DNA of 36,174 bases from a candidate division NPL-UPA2 bacterium (lineage in GTDB: Bacteria; Bacillota; UBA994), in contig QLUB01000001.1 in assembly GCA_018725205.1 (NCBI GenBank), positions 1 to 36,174 of the forward strand, read 5' to 3'. Under the pieces are notes generated by a model that was not told the origin of the DNA, did not search any database, and was given only the letters and a program-made list of their open reading frames with translations. Each line of letters opens with the position of its first letter. The stretch's first letter is position 1. Below, piece by piece: positions 27,182 through 36,174 of this stretch. A program made the translations under genes and the position numbers.

Positions 27182-28336
27182 GTGTTAGCTCCTATCCAAC
27201 CCTCGCGAAAGTCGAGATTTCGTCAAAAGACAGCTAAGCAGTTGTTGCCAAGAATAGCGGTACTTGGCGCAGGCCATGGCGGGCAGGGTATGGCTGGACA
27301 CTTGGGCCTTATGGGTTGTGAAGTATCGCTGTACAATCGCAGTGCTGACCGCATCGCGCCATTTGCCATGGCCAAGAGCATTGAACTCACTGGGCAAATA
27401 GAGGGCTTTGGTGCTCTAGAGCAAGTCACTACAGATATGGAATCGGCCATTAAAGACGCGGCGCTGATTATGGTTGTGGTGCCGGCAAACGGTCATGCGG
27501 CGATAGCTCGAGCTTGCGCCCCGTACCTACGCGACGGGCAGATTGTGGTGTTGCACCCCGGTCGTACCGGCGGTGCACTAGAGTTTTTTAATATTATTCG
27601 TGAGCACGGGTGTACCGCTAATGTAATTATCTCGGAAGCATCCACTCTGATCTATGCTTGCCGTATGTTAAATCCTGCGAAAGTACATGTTTTTGGCATT
27701 AAGAACGTTATCCCAGTAGCCGCTATCCCTAGCTACCGCACCCCAGAGGTGATTAACAAGTTAAACATCATCTACCCTCAGTTCGTGCCCGGGGATAACG
27801 TTTTGAAGACTAGTCTGGACAATATCGGCGCTATCTTTCACCCCGCACTCACGATTCTCAATGCAGGGCGCATCGAATCGACACACGGCGAGTTTGATTT
27901 CTATATGGACGGTGCTACGCCGGCGGTAGCGCGCGTTCTGGAGACAATGGACATGGAAAGAGTAGCTGTGGCGGCAGCTTTAGGAATTCGGGCAATGACG
28001 GCCCGGGAATGGCTCTATATCGCCTATGACGCCGCAGGCAGAACGCTCTACGAAGCTATGCAGGCCAATATAGGGTATAAGGGGATTACTGCTCCACCTA
28101 CGACCTTGATGCGGTATATCACCGAAGATGTCCCCATGAGTCTGGTGCCCATGTCCTCACTAGGGCATCACCTCAACGTGCCCACCCCCATGATTGACAA
28201 CATGATCCATCTCGCCTCGGTCATTCACGATACCGACTACTGGGCTGAAGGGAGAACGGTGGAGACTATGGGGCTAGCTGAGCTATCGGTAAAGCAAATT
28301 CGGAAACTAGTGCTGGAGGGTACGCTTGATGTCTAA
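27182..28336 (+). CDS. NAD(P)-dependent opine (octopine/nopaline) dehydrogenase family oxidoreductase
   Basis: Rossmann motif IAVLGAGHGGQGMAGHLGLMGCEVSLYNR. The C-terminal region IFHPALTILNAGRIESTHGEFDFYMDGATPAVARVLETMDMERVAVAAALGI...REWL fits the Octopine_DH domain pattern. Strong SD AAGGAGGAG at 27166-27174 with GTG start 27182. A 24-aa basic extension precedes the Rossmann fold. Confidence 0.8.
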   Translation: MLAPIQPSRKSRFRQKTAKQLLPRIAVLGAGHGGQGMAGHLGLMGCEVSLYNRSADRIAPFAMAKSIELTGQIEGFGALEQVTTDMESAIKDAALIMVVVPANGHAAIARACAPYLRDGQIVVLHPGRTGGALEFFNIIREHGCTANVIISEASTLIYACRMLNPAKVHVFGIKNVIPVAAIPSYRTPEVINKLNIIYPQFVPGDNVLKTSLDNIGAIFHPALTILNAGRIESTHGEFDFYMDGATPAVARVLETMDMERVAVAAALGIRAMTAREWLYIAYDAAGRTLYEAMQANIGYKGITAPPTTLMRYITEDVPMSLVPMSSLGHHLNVPTPMIDNMIHLASVIHDTDYWAEGRTVETMGLAELSVKQIRKLVLEGTLDV

Positions 28337-29960
28337 GCGAATCCTTGGTGCTGCTATTGGGAGCTGCGTACATGTCGCGGGCATAGTCTCTTTCCTGCAG
28401 ATAGCTGAGCAGCTGGGAAGACGCACCCATTTTCTTGGGCCTGCCACTCCAATCAATGCCTTGATTGCAGCGAGCCTAGAGTTGAAACCTGACTTAATTG
28501 CCGTGAGCTACCGCCTAAGCCCCGAGGCGGCAGGAGCCTTGCTAAACGAATTAAAGGCATCGCTTGCAGCGGCAGGCCTCGCCGGTACGGAGCTTGTGTT
28601 TGGCGGAACACTGCCCGTAGCGGCAGTCGCTCGTGAAGCCGATATGTTCTCGCGTATTTTTTCAGGTGAGGACGGACCAGTCGAAGTCTTAGCTTACTTG
28701 CGTGGCGAAAAAGTAGGGGATGCGGTGACGAGGCCGCCGCAGAGCCTCTTAGCAAGGATTAATGCCAAGTCCCCCTATCCGTTGATTCGGCATCACTTCG
28801 GCTTGTCTGACCTGCAGGCTACTATCGAAGGTGTAAAAGCAATTGCCGGAGCAAAAGTGCTCGACGTTCTATCGCTCGGTCCCGACCAGAACGCCCAATA
28901 TGCTTTTTTCCGGCCACAGGAAATGGACCCCCTTCAGCACGGAGCGGGGGGAGTGCCGGTGCGCACTAGTTCCGACCTAGAGAGTATCTATGCCGCGTCG
29001 CGTACAGGCAACTATCCCTTGCTGCGCTGCTATTCCGGCACGCGCGACCTCTTGAAATGGGCTGAAATGAGCCTAGAGACGATCAATAACGCTTGGGCAG
29101 CCGTCCCGTTGTGCTGGTACAACGTGTTGGACGGCAGATCCAACAGATCTCCCAGCGAAAGCATTACCGAGAACCAGAGGGTTATGGCCTGGCATGCCGA
29201 GCGCGGGATACCTGTTGAGGTGAACGAGGCGCATCACTGGAGCCTGCGGGACGCTCCGGATGTTGTGGCCGTGGCAGCGGCTTACTTAGCCGCCCTTAAT
29301 GCCAAGCGCATGGGAGTCGGAACTTACGTAGCGCAGTATATGTTTAACACCCCCGTGGGAACCTCGTATGTAGCCGACCTTGCCAAAATGTTGGCCAAAC
29401 AAATTTTGATCGAAGCCTTACACGATGACAGTTTTGCCTCTGTGCGCCAGGTGCGGACGGGGCTGATGAGCCTTTCCTCCAACATGGCAGTGGCTAAAGG
29501 GCAGTTAGCATCATCCATTGCGTTGGCACTTTCCCTTAGACCTCAAATCGTCCATGTCGTAGGGTACTCGGAAGCCAATTTCGCCGCCACGCCCGAGGTG
29601 GTTGCCGAAAGCTGCAATATCATCCACGGAGTGGTACGCAACTACCTCTTCGGTGCGCCGAATCCTAGTACGGACCCGAATGTGGCAGCTAGGCGCGACT
29701 TCCTAGTGGCTGAGGTTACGCTTTTGCTCGAGGCCATAGCTGAGCTTGGCAATGGTCCTGACTCTTTGACTGACCCGAGGACGATCGCCCGGGCGATTGA
29801 AGTCGGGTATCTAGATGCTCCTCACCTTAAAGGCAATCCCTACGCACTTGGCGTCGTGAAGACTAAGATGCTAGATGGGGCCTGTATGGCCATTGATGAG
29901 CAAAATCGCCCACTCGGTGAGGCCGAGCGTACGCAGCGGGTTTCATTTCGCTTGCCTTAA
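28329..29960 (+). CDS. fusion protein: N-terminal B12-binding-like (MutS-like) Rossmann domain plus C-terminal TIM barrel resembling glutamate mutase E subunit
   Basis: The N-terminus KRILGAAIGSCVHVAGIV...PDLIAVSYRL...ELVFGGTL aligns by eye with glutamate mutase S (TIVLGVIGSDCHAVGNKI...ADAILVSSLYG...LLYVGGNI). C-terminal segments PLLRCYSGTRDLLKWAE, LCWYNV and AAAYLAALNAKRMGVGTYVAQYMFN resemble GlmE segments recalled from memory. The ATG at 28329 overlaps the stop of the upstream dehydrogenase (TAA 28334-28336). SD GGAGGG at 28315-28320. Confidence 0.55.
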   Translation: MSKRILGAAIGSCVHVAGIVSFLQIAEQLGRRTHFLGPATPINALIAASLELKPDLIAVSYRLSPEAAGALLNELKASLAAAGLAGTELVFGGTLPVAAVAREADMFSRIFSGEDGPVEVLAYLRGEKVGDAVTRPPQSLLARINAKSPYPLIRHHFGLSDLQATIEGVKAIAGAKVLDVLSLGPDQNAQYAFFRPQEMDPLQHGAGGVPVRTSSDLESIYAASRTGNYPLLRCYSGTRDLLKWAEMSLETINNAWAAVPLCWYNVLDGRSNRSPSESITENQRVMAWHAERGIPVEVNEAHHWSLRDAPDVVAVAAAYLAALNAKRMGVGTYVAQYMFNTPVGTSYVADLAKMLAKQILIEALHDDSFASVRQVRTGLMSLSSNMAVAKGQLASSIALALSLRPQIVHVVGYSEANFAATPEVVAESCNIIHGVVRNYLFGAPNPSTDPNVAARRDFLVAEVTLLLEAIAELGNGPDSLTDPRTIARAIEVGYLDAPHLKGNPYALGVVKTKMLDGACMAIDEQNRPLGEAERTQRVSFRLP

Positions 29961-29980
29961 TGAGGCAGCTGTGCTATGCT
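29952..29980 (+). promoter_or_regulatory. candidate sigma-A type promoter for rpsB-tsf
   Basis: TTGCCT at 29952-29957, a 17-nt spacer, then TGcTATGCT (extended -10) at 29972-29980. It would give a leader of about 110 nt. Moderate matches only. Confidence 0.3.
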
Positions 29981-30096
29981 AAACGTCGGTGTTTTATCAC
30001 ACACGCTGCCGGATGTGCTAAGTGGTGCCGTGCCTCGAAGGCCACGGTCTTGGCGCAGTAGAAGGCGCGGAGGGAAAACCTAAGGAGGTGAGTCTC

Positions 30097-30795
30097 ATGG
30101 CAGTTATCAGCATGAAACAATTACTCGAAGCGGGCGTGCACTTTGGTCATCAAACGCGCCGCTGGAACCCCAAGATGGCTCCATTCATCTTTATGGAGCG
30201 TAACGGCATCTACATCATCGACCTGCAGAAGACCGTGCGCAAATTAGATGAGGCTTACGCGTTCGTGAAGAGCGTTGTAGCCAATGGAGAAAACATCATG
30301 TTTGTCGGGACAAAGAAGCAGGCGCAGGAGGCAGTCGCCGAAGAAGCTCGTCGCTGCAACATGTTCTTCGTGAACCAGCGCTGGCTGGGCGGCACGCTAA
30401 CTAATTTCCAAACAATTGAAAAGCGTATCAAGCGTTTGCATGAGCTTGAGCGCATGGAAGCCGATGGCACGTTTGACGTTCTTCCCAAAAAAGAGGTCAT
30501 CAACTTGCGCAAGGAAATGGACAGGTTAGAGAAGTTCCTTGGCGGTATCCGGAACATGCGCCAGCTTCCAGGGGCGCTATTTGTCATTGATCCCCGCAAG
30601 GAGCGAAATGCCATAGCCGAGGCGCGCAGGCTTCGTATTCCCATCGTGGCCATCGTTGACACTAACTGCGATCCTGACGAAATAGACTACATTATTCCGG
30701 GGAATGATGACGCCATCCGCGCGGTTAGGCTGTTAACTGCGACCATGGCCGATGCTGTCCTCGAAGCTAGGCAGGGCGAGCAGTTAGCGGAGTAG
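30097..30795 (+). CDS. rpsB: 30S ribosomal protein S2
   Basis: [32 protein letters not shown] is the canonical S2 N-terminus. SD AAGGAGGTG at 30082-30090. The track start at 30022 is an upstream in-frame extension. Confidence 0.95.
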   Translation: MAVISMKQLLEAGVHFGHQTRRWNPKMAPFIFMERNGIYIIDLQKTVRKLDEAYAFVKSVVANGENIMFVGTKKQAQEAVAEEARRCNMFFVNQRWLGGTLTNFQTIEKRIKRLHELERMEADGTFDVLPKKEVINLRKEMDRLEKFLGGIRNMRQLPGALFVIDPRKERNAIAEARRLRIPIVAIVDTNCDPDEIDYIIPGNDDAIRAVRLLTATMADAVLEARQGEQLAE

Positions 30796-30834
30796 CGGTA
30801 CGAGTAAGGATGCGAAACGAGGGAGGTATGCACT

Positions 30835-31458
30835 ATGGCCAAAATTGAAGCCAGTCTCGTAAAGGACCTGCGTGAACGCACAGGCGCCGGCATGATGGAC
30901 TGCAAGAAAGCGCTTAATGAAACTAATGGCGACATGGAAAAGGCAGTCGAGTTCCTGCGTGAGAAGGGACTAGCGGCCGCCAATAAAAAGGCCGGGCGTA
31001 TCACTAGCGAGGGTGTGGTTGAGTCCTACATCCACGGTAACGGCCGCATAGGTGTGCTCGTGGAAGTGAATTGTGAGACTGATTTTGTTGCTAAGACGAA
31101 CGAGTTTCGCGCTCTTTGCCGCGATATCGCCATGCAAATCGCTGCGGCTAACCCGCAGTATATTGTGCGCGAGGAGGTCCCCGCGCACATAATTCAACAC
31201 GAAAAAGACATATTGCGAGCGCAGGCCATCAACGAGGGCAAGCCGGAAAAGATTATCGACAAAATGGTAGAGGGTCGCCTAGAGAAATTCTTTGCTGATG
31301 TGTGTCTTATGGAGCAACCCTTCATTCGCGAGGGGGAAGTCACCGTTAAGGAGCATATCCAGTCGAGGGTTGCAACTACCGGAGAAAACATCACAGTGCG
31401 CCGGTTTGTCCGCTATCAAATGGGTGAAGGTCTGCCCAAACGCACCAGCGAGGAGTAA
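30835..31458 (+). CDS. tsf: translation elongation factor Ts
   Basis: [40 protein letters not shown] is the EF-Ts UBA-like N-terminus. Contains [12 protein letters not shown]. Short (207 aa) form. Confidence 0.95.
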   Translation: MAKIEASLVKDLRERTGAGMMDCKKALNETNGDMEKAVEFLREKGLAAANKKAGRITSEGVVESYIHGNGRIGVLVEVNCETDFVAKTNEFRALCRDIAMQIAAANPQYIVREEVPAHIIQHEKDILRAQAINEGKPEKIIDKMVEGRLEKFFADVCLMEQPFIREGEVTVKEHIQSRVATTGENITVRRFVRYQMGEGLPKRTSEE

Positions 31459-31466
31459 CGCACAGA

Positions 31467-31493
31467 GGGGAACACGGGAGTGTTCCCCTTTTT
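31467..31493 (+). terminator. Rho-independent terminator after tsf
   Basis: GGGGAACAC-ggga-GTGTTCCCC: 9-bp stem 31467-31475 / 31480-31488, followed by TTTTT at 31489-31493. Confidence 0.85.
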
Positions 31494-31495
31494 GA

Positions 31496-32877
<1,382 letters not shown>

Positions 32878-32882
32878 CGCAC

Positions 32883-32901
32883 TCCCCCCAAAGTGGGGGG
32901 A
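32883..32901 (+). other. GC-only stem-loop between frr and uppS (no U-tract)
   Basis: TCCCCCC-aaagt-GGGGGGA: 7-bp stem 32883-32889 / 32895-32901. The following sequence, ttatgc, is not T-rich, so this is not a classical terminator. Confidence 0.35.
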
Positions 32902-32927
32902 TTATGCTACAGGAGGAAGGCATAAGA

Positions 32928-33647
32928 ATGTTCCGGCGTAAACTTTCACTTCCCGCATCAGACGCGAGTCCCTTGCCCTCACATATAGCAATCATCATGG
33001 ACGGCAACGGCCGGTGGGCCGAGCGACGCGGCTTGCCGCGCACGGCTGGCCATCGCGCAGGTCTAGAGAGCACTCGGCGTGTCATTAAGGAATCTGTGCG
33101 GCTTGGCATAAAGTATCTTACTCTATACACGTTTTCGACTGAAAACTGGAAACGTCCTTCCACGGAAGTGGAGTTCATCATGAGCTTGCCGGGGGAGTTC
33201 TGGCGCAGGGAACGCCCTGCACTGGAAGAGGCAAATGTGCGCCTAAAAGTTTTAGGTGACATCAATGGACTGCCGCCGGCTACACGTCACGTTGTTCTGG
33301 AAGCTGTAGCGGCAACGCAGAACGCCTCTGGACTTACCGTCAGCCTTGCTCTTAACTACGGCGGGCGGGCAGAGATTGTGAGAGCCGCGCGCCTGTTTAT
33401 GGAGCGCTATGGCATTGTAGGCAACGAGGCCGACTTTGCCACTGGCTTATACACTGCGGAACTGCCTGACCCGGAGCTGCTTATCCGCCCGGGCGGCGAA
33501 AGGCGCATCAGCAACTTCCTTCTTTGGCAGTTGGCATACACAGAACTATTCTTCGTAGATAAGCTTTGGCCAGACTTTGATGGCAACGACCTTGTTCGAG
33601 TCATTGAGGAATATCGCGGTCGCAGCGTCAGGCGAGGAGGATTATAG
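32928..33647 (+). CDS. uppS: undecaprenyl (isoprenyl) diphosphate synthase
   Basis: HIAIIMDGNGRWA and ERRISNFLLWQLAYTELFF. ATG 32928 follows SD AGGAGGA (32911-32917). Confidence 0.93.
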   Translation: MFRRKLSLPASDASPLPSHIAIIMDGNGRWAERRGLPRTAGHRAGLESTRRVIKESVRLGIKYLTLYTFSTENWKRPSTEVEFIMSLPGEFWRRERPALEEANVRLKVLGDINGLPPATRHVVLEAVAATQNASGLTVSLALNYGGRAEIVRAARLFMERYGIVGNEADFATGLYTAELPDPELLIRPGGERRISNFLLWQLAYTELFFVDKLWPDFDGNDLVRVIEEYRGRSVRRGGL

Positions 33648-33663
33648 CGTTAGGGGGCTGCCT

Positions 33664-34440
33664 GTGCTTACTAAAGTTCTTACTGTGCTAGTAGCGCTTC
33701 CCATTTTCCTCGTCGTAATCTATGAAGGGGCGCTGCCCATGACGCTCCTGACGATGGTGCTTGCGATCATTGCGGTAGCGGAAATGAAGAATCTCTTACG
33801 GTCTAAGAGCATAGCCACGAGTTCTTTAGTCTATTGGTTTCCCATACTCTATTTAGGGGCAGTCCATGTTGGAGCAGTCTGGTTCGGGCTGCAGCTGGTT
33901 GTGGCTTTGTGCGCCGCGCTATTGATTCGTCAGCTGATTACGTTCCCCTCGTTTAGTTTGGCCGAAGTAGGGGCTAATCTGCTGGCAGCTCTATATCCCT
34001 CCCTTCTCCTTGGGAATTTACTCCTTCTGCGCGCTGAGGCTGGCGTCATGTGGGCCTTGGCAGCTGTTATCGGGGTATGGGCTTATGATTCTTTTGCCTA
34101 CTTTATTGGAGTGCAGTTCGGCCGTTTGCGACCTTGGCGGGACATTTCGCCTAAGAAGAGCGTAGAAGGGGCACTCGGGGGGCTGCTAGGAAGCGTCCTG
34201 GTCTTCGCCGTAGTTCACGGCTATTTGCGTATAGGTCTGATAGGGGCCATAGTCCTAGGCATACTGGTCGGCGTGGTAGGGCAGTTGGGCGATCTTGCGG
34301 AATCGGCTCTGAAACGATATGTGGGCGTAAAGGACTCGGGTACTCTACTCCCGGGACATGGCGGCGTCCTCGACAGATTCGACTCGCTAATGTTCTCGGC
34401 CACCGCGGTGTATTGGGTATGGACGGCGATAACACTATGA
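33664..34440 (+). CDS. cdsA: phosphatidate cytidylyltransferase
   Basis: Polytopic membrane protein with SALKRYVGVKDSGTLLPGHGGVLDRFDS (CdsA signature). I prefer GTG 33664 after the uppS stop. The track start at 33577 lies inside uppS. Confidence 0.9.
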   Translation: MLTKVLTVLVALPIFLVVIYEGALPMTLLTMVLAIIAVAEMKNLLRSKSIATSSLVYWFPILYLGAVHVGAVWFGLQLVVALCAALLIRQLITFPSFSLAEVGANLLAALYPSLLLGNLLLLRAEAGVMWALAAVIGVWAYDSFAYFIGVQFGRLRPWRDISPKKSVEGALGGLLGSVLVFAVVHGYLRIGLIGAIVLGILVGVVGQLGDLAESALKRYVGVKDSGTLLPGHGGVLDRFDSLMFSATAVYWVWTAITL

Positions 34441-35591
34441 AGGACATCATAGTTCTAGGTTCCACGGGTTCCATAGGCGCAAACACTCTGGATGTCGTAC
34501 GGCGCAATCCCCATCGACTGCGGATAGTGGGACTTGGCGCTGGGCTCAACTTGGCATTACTGCGGGCGCAAGTGCGAGAGTTCACTCCCGCCTCTGTAGC
34601 CATACGCGACACAGCCAGTGAGTGGGCGCTTCGTCAGGAGTTTCCGAGTCTCACCGTGTTTTCAGGCGAATCTGGCGCTGTAGATTTGGTGAGAGAGTCC
34701 CAGGCAGAAGTCGTGGTAGCGGCGACGAGCGGCATGGCGGGCCTTCCGGCAGTGTTCGCTGCAGCAGAACAAGGTGTTCGTCTAGCACTTGCCAATAAAG
34801 AAGCGCTAGTGGCTGCAGGTCCTCTGCTCCTAGAAAAGGTCAGGCGACATGGAGGGGAACTTGTACCCGTAGATAGTGAGCACTCTGCCATTTGGCAGGC
34901 ACTGAGGGGGTGGCGCGCATCGGATGTAAAGAGGCTGATTCTTACAGCCTCCGGCGGCCCGTTTCTCGGCAAACCTCGCTCTCTGCTCGCGACGCAGACC
35001 TCAAATGATGCTTTGCGGCATCCCACTTGGCGCATGGGACGCAAGATAACCGTGGATTCGGCAACGTTGATGAATAAGGGCTTGGAGATCATTGAGGCCC
35101 ATCACCTATTTAACATCTCATACGAACACATTGAGGTCTTAGTGCATCCGGAGAGCATTGTGCACTCTATGGTTGAGTTCATAGACGGCTCCCAGCTAGC
35201 CCAGTGCAGCCGTCCGGATATGCGTATTCCCATCCAGCTGGCGCTGTCCTATCCCGAACGGTGGTCGGGGGATTATGTCCTAAACAACTGGCAAAACACA
35301 ACGTGGTCGTTTCATCTCCCAGATGTAGAGACTTTCCGCTGTCTTCCCCTAGCAATTGCTGCGGGGAGAGCTGGCGGCTCACATCCAATTGTGCTTAATG
35401 CCAGCAATGAACTTGCTGTGGATGCTTTCCTAGCTGGGAGGGTGCCTTTCCTCGCCATTGAGGCCATCGTGGAGGAGGCAATGTCTGCAAGCCTGCCCTC
35501 CCCTCCACAGGATGTTCTTGACGTTCTGGAGGTTGACACATGGGCGCGCAATCAGGCTCAAGCGATTATTAGACAGAAAGCGGTGTACTAG
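34437..35591 (+). CDS. dxr: 1-deoxy-D-xylulose 5-phosphate reductoisomerase
   Basis: MKDIIVLGSTGSIGANTLDV, LANKEALV, PVDSEHSAIWQ. ATG 34437 forms ATGA with the cdsA stop. Confidence 0.93.
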   Translation: MKDIIVLGSTGSIGANTLDVVRRNPHRLRIVGLGAGLNLALLRAQVREFTPASVAIRDTASEWALRQEFPSLTVFSGESGAVDLVRESQAEVVVAATSGMAGLPAVFAAAEQGVRLALANKEALVAAGPLLLEKVRRHGGELVPVDSEHSAIWQALRGWRASDVKRLILTASGGPFLGKPRSLLATQTSNDALRHPTWRMGRKITVDSATLMNKGLEIIEAHHLFNISYEHIEVLVHPESIVHSMVEFIDGSQLAQCSRPDMRIPIQLALSYPERWSGDYVLNNWQNTTWSFHLPDVETFRCLPLAIAAGRAGGSHPIVLNASNELAVDAFLAGRVPFLAIEAIVEEAMSASLPSPPQDVLDVLEVDTWARNQAQAIIRQKAVY

Positions 35592-36174
35592 TTGGTGATT
35601 CTACTTGCTGTCGTAATTATCGGGGTGCTGGTGTTCTTCCACGAGCTCGGGCACTTCTTGGCGGCAAAGGCCGCAAACATGTATGTGCAGGAGTTTGCCC
35701 TAGGCATGGGGCCTGCTCTAATTTCTGTTCAGCGGGGGGAAACCAAGTACTCACTGCGCCTGCTACCAGTGGGTGGTTTTCTGCGTGTAGCGGGTGAGGA
35801 AACGACCGCAGTTGGCGCAGCAATACCTGAAGCACGTCGCTACGACAAAAAGACTGTGCTGCAGCGCATGACTTTTGTTGCTGCCGGTTCAATCATGAAC
35901 TTCCTTTTGGCAGCGCTAATATTCTCGTTTATCTTTATGTCTGTGGGGGTGCCGTCGAGCCAGCCTATTCTGGGAACAGTAAACGACAGCTGGCCAGCGG
36001 CGCAGGCTGGGTTGCAGCCGCGGGACAGGATACTAACGATTGGTGACGAAGCCATTGCGACTTGGTCTGATCTTCAGCGAGCTATCGCCGACAGCGGCGG
36101 GCAACCCTTGGTGTTCGTCTTTCGCCGCGGCGGGCAGGAAATGACTGCAGTTGTCACCCCGCGGAGGGATGAGG
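35592..36174 (+). CDS. rseP: RIP site-2 zinc metalloprotease RseP/RasP, 3' partial (runs off the window)
   Basis: Not in the ORF track because no stop occurs in the window. My translation from TTG 35592 gives LVILLAVVIIGVLVFFHELGHFLAAKA (HExxH in TM1), then LRLLPVGGF, then a PDZ-like segment (ILGTVNDSWPAAQAGLQPRDRILTIGDEAI). Position after dxr matches B. subtilis rasP. Confidence 0.88.
   Translation, partial: MVILLAVVIIGVLVFFHELGHFLAAKAANMYVQEFALGMGPALISVQRGETKYSLRLLPVGGFLRVAGEETTAVGAAIPEARRYDKKTVLQRMTFVAAGSIMNFLLAALIFSFIFMSVGVPSSQPILGTVNDSWPAAQAGLQPRDRILTIGDEAIATWSDLQRAIADSGGQPLVFVFRRGGQEMTAVVTPRRDE

Noticed and set aside
26056-29960. Compositional (GC) evidence that the three-gene locus is a horizontally acquired island
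   Set aside because: My hand counts on single 100-nt samples gave 51% (26101-26200), 43% (27601-27700) and 56% (29001-29100). Flanking samples gave 61% in flhA (7801-7900) but 48% in rpsB (30201-30300). The spread in core genes is as large as in the locus, so this is inconclusive without a proper sliding-window and codon-usage analysis.
35617-36055. Two minus-strand ORFs (91 and 71 aa) at the right end of the window
   Set aside because: They are antisense to an open plus-strand frame that encodes a clear HExxH/PDZ RseP protease and continues off the window.

Overview
Chromosomal segment with the gene order of an endospore-forming Firmicute (Clostridia/Bacilli type) and mid-to-high GC. It is almost fully coding, nearly all on the + strand. 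Many stop/start overlaps (ATGA, GTGA, TAATG) suggest translational coupling. All calls rest on motif recognition, ORF geometry and Shine-Dalgarno (SD) inspection; no search tools were used.

Layout:
(1) nt 1-18936: distal part of a fla/che flagellar operon. Order is fliK(partial)-flgD-flgE-motA-motB-fliL-fliO-fliP-fliQ-fliR-flhB-flhA-flhF-flhG-PilZ-fliA-small TM/HTH gene-two rod genes-cheD-cheR-cheC-cheY-fliM-fliY.
(2) nt 19014-19675: a secreted NlpC/P60 hydrolase gene split across two reading frames.
(3) nt 19806-26045: the conserved dprA-topA-trmFO-xerC-codY block. hslVU is not between xerC and codY.
(4) nt 26056-29960: the only clearly accessory region. It holds a divergent Ddl-family ATP-grasp ligase and a translationally coupled pair. 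The pair is an opine-dehydrogenase-family oxidoreductase and a fusion of a B12-binding-like domain with a TIM barrel resembling glutamate-mutase-E.
(5) nt 30097-36174: the conserved rpsB-tsf-pyrH-frr-uppS-cdsA-dxr-rseP(partial) block.

No rRNA, tRNA, CRISPR array, transposase or prophage gene was seen.

The best candidate for something undescribed is the three-gene ligase/dehydrogenase/mutase-like locus between codY and rpsB. Secondary curiosities:
- the frame-split, half-duplicated P60 gene
- a perfect 3 x 15 bp tandem repeat upstream of pyrH
- an in-frame repeat inside the FliK ruler
- a small membrane-anchored HTH-like protein after fliA
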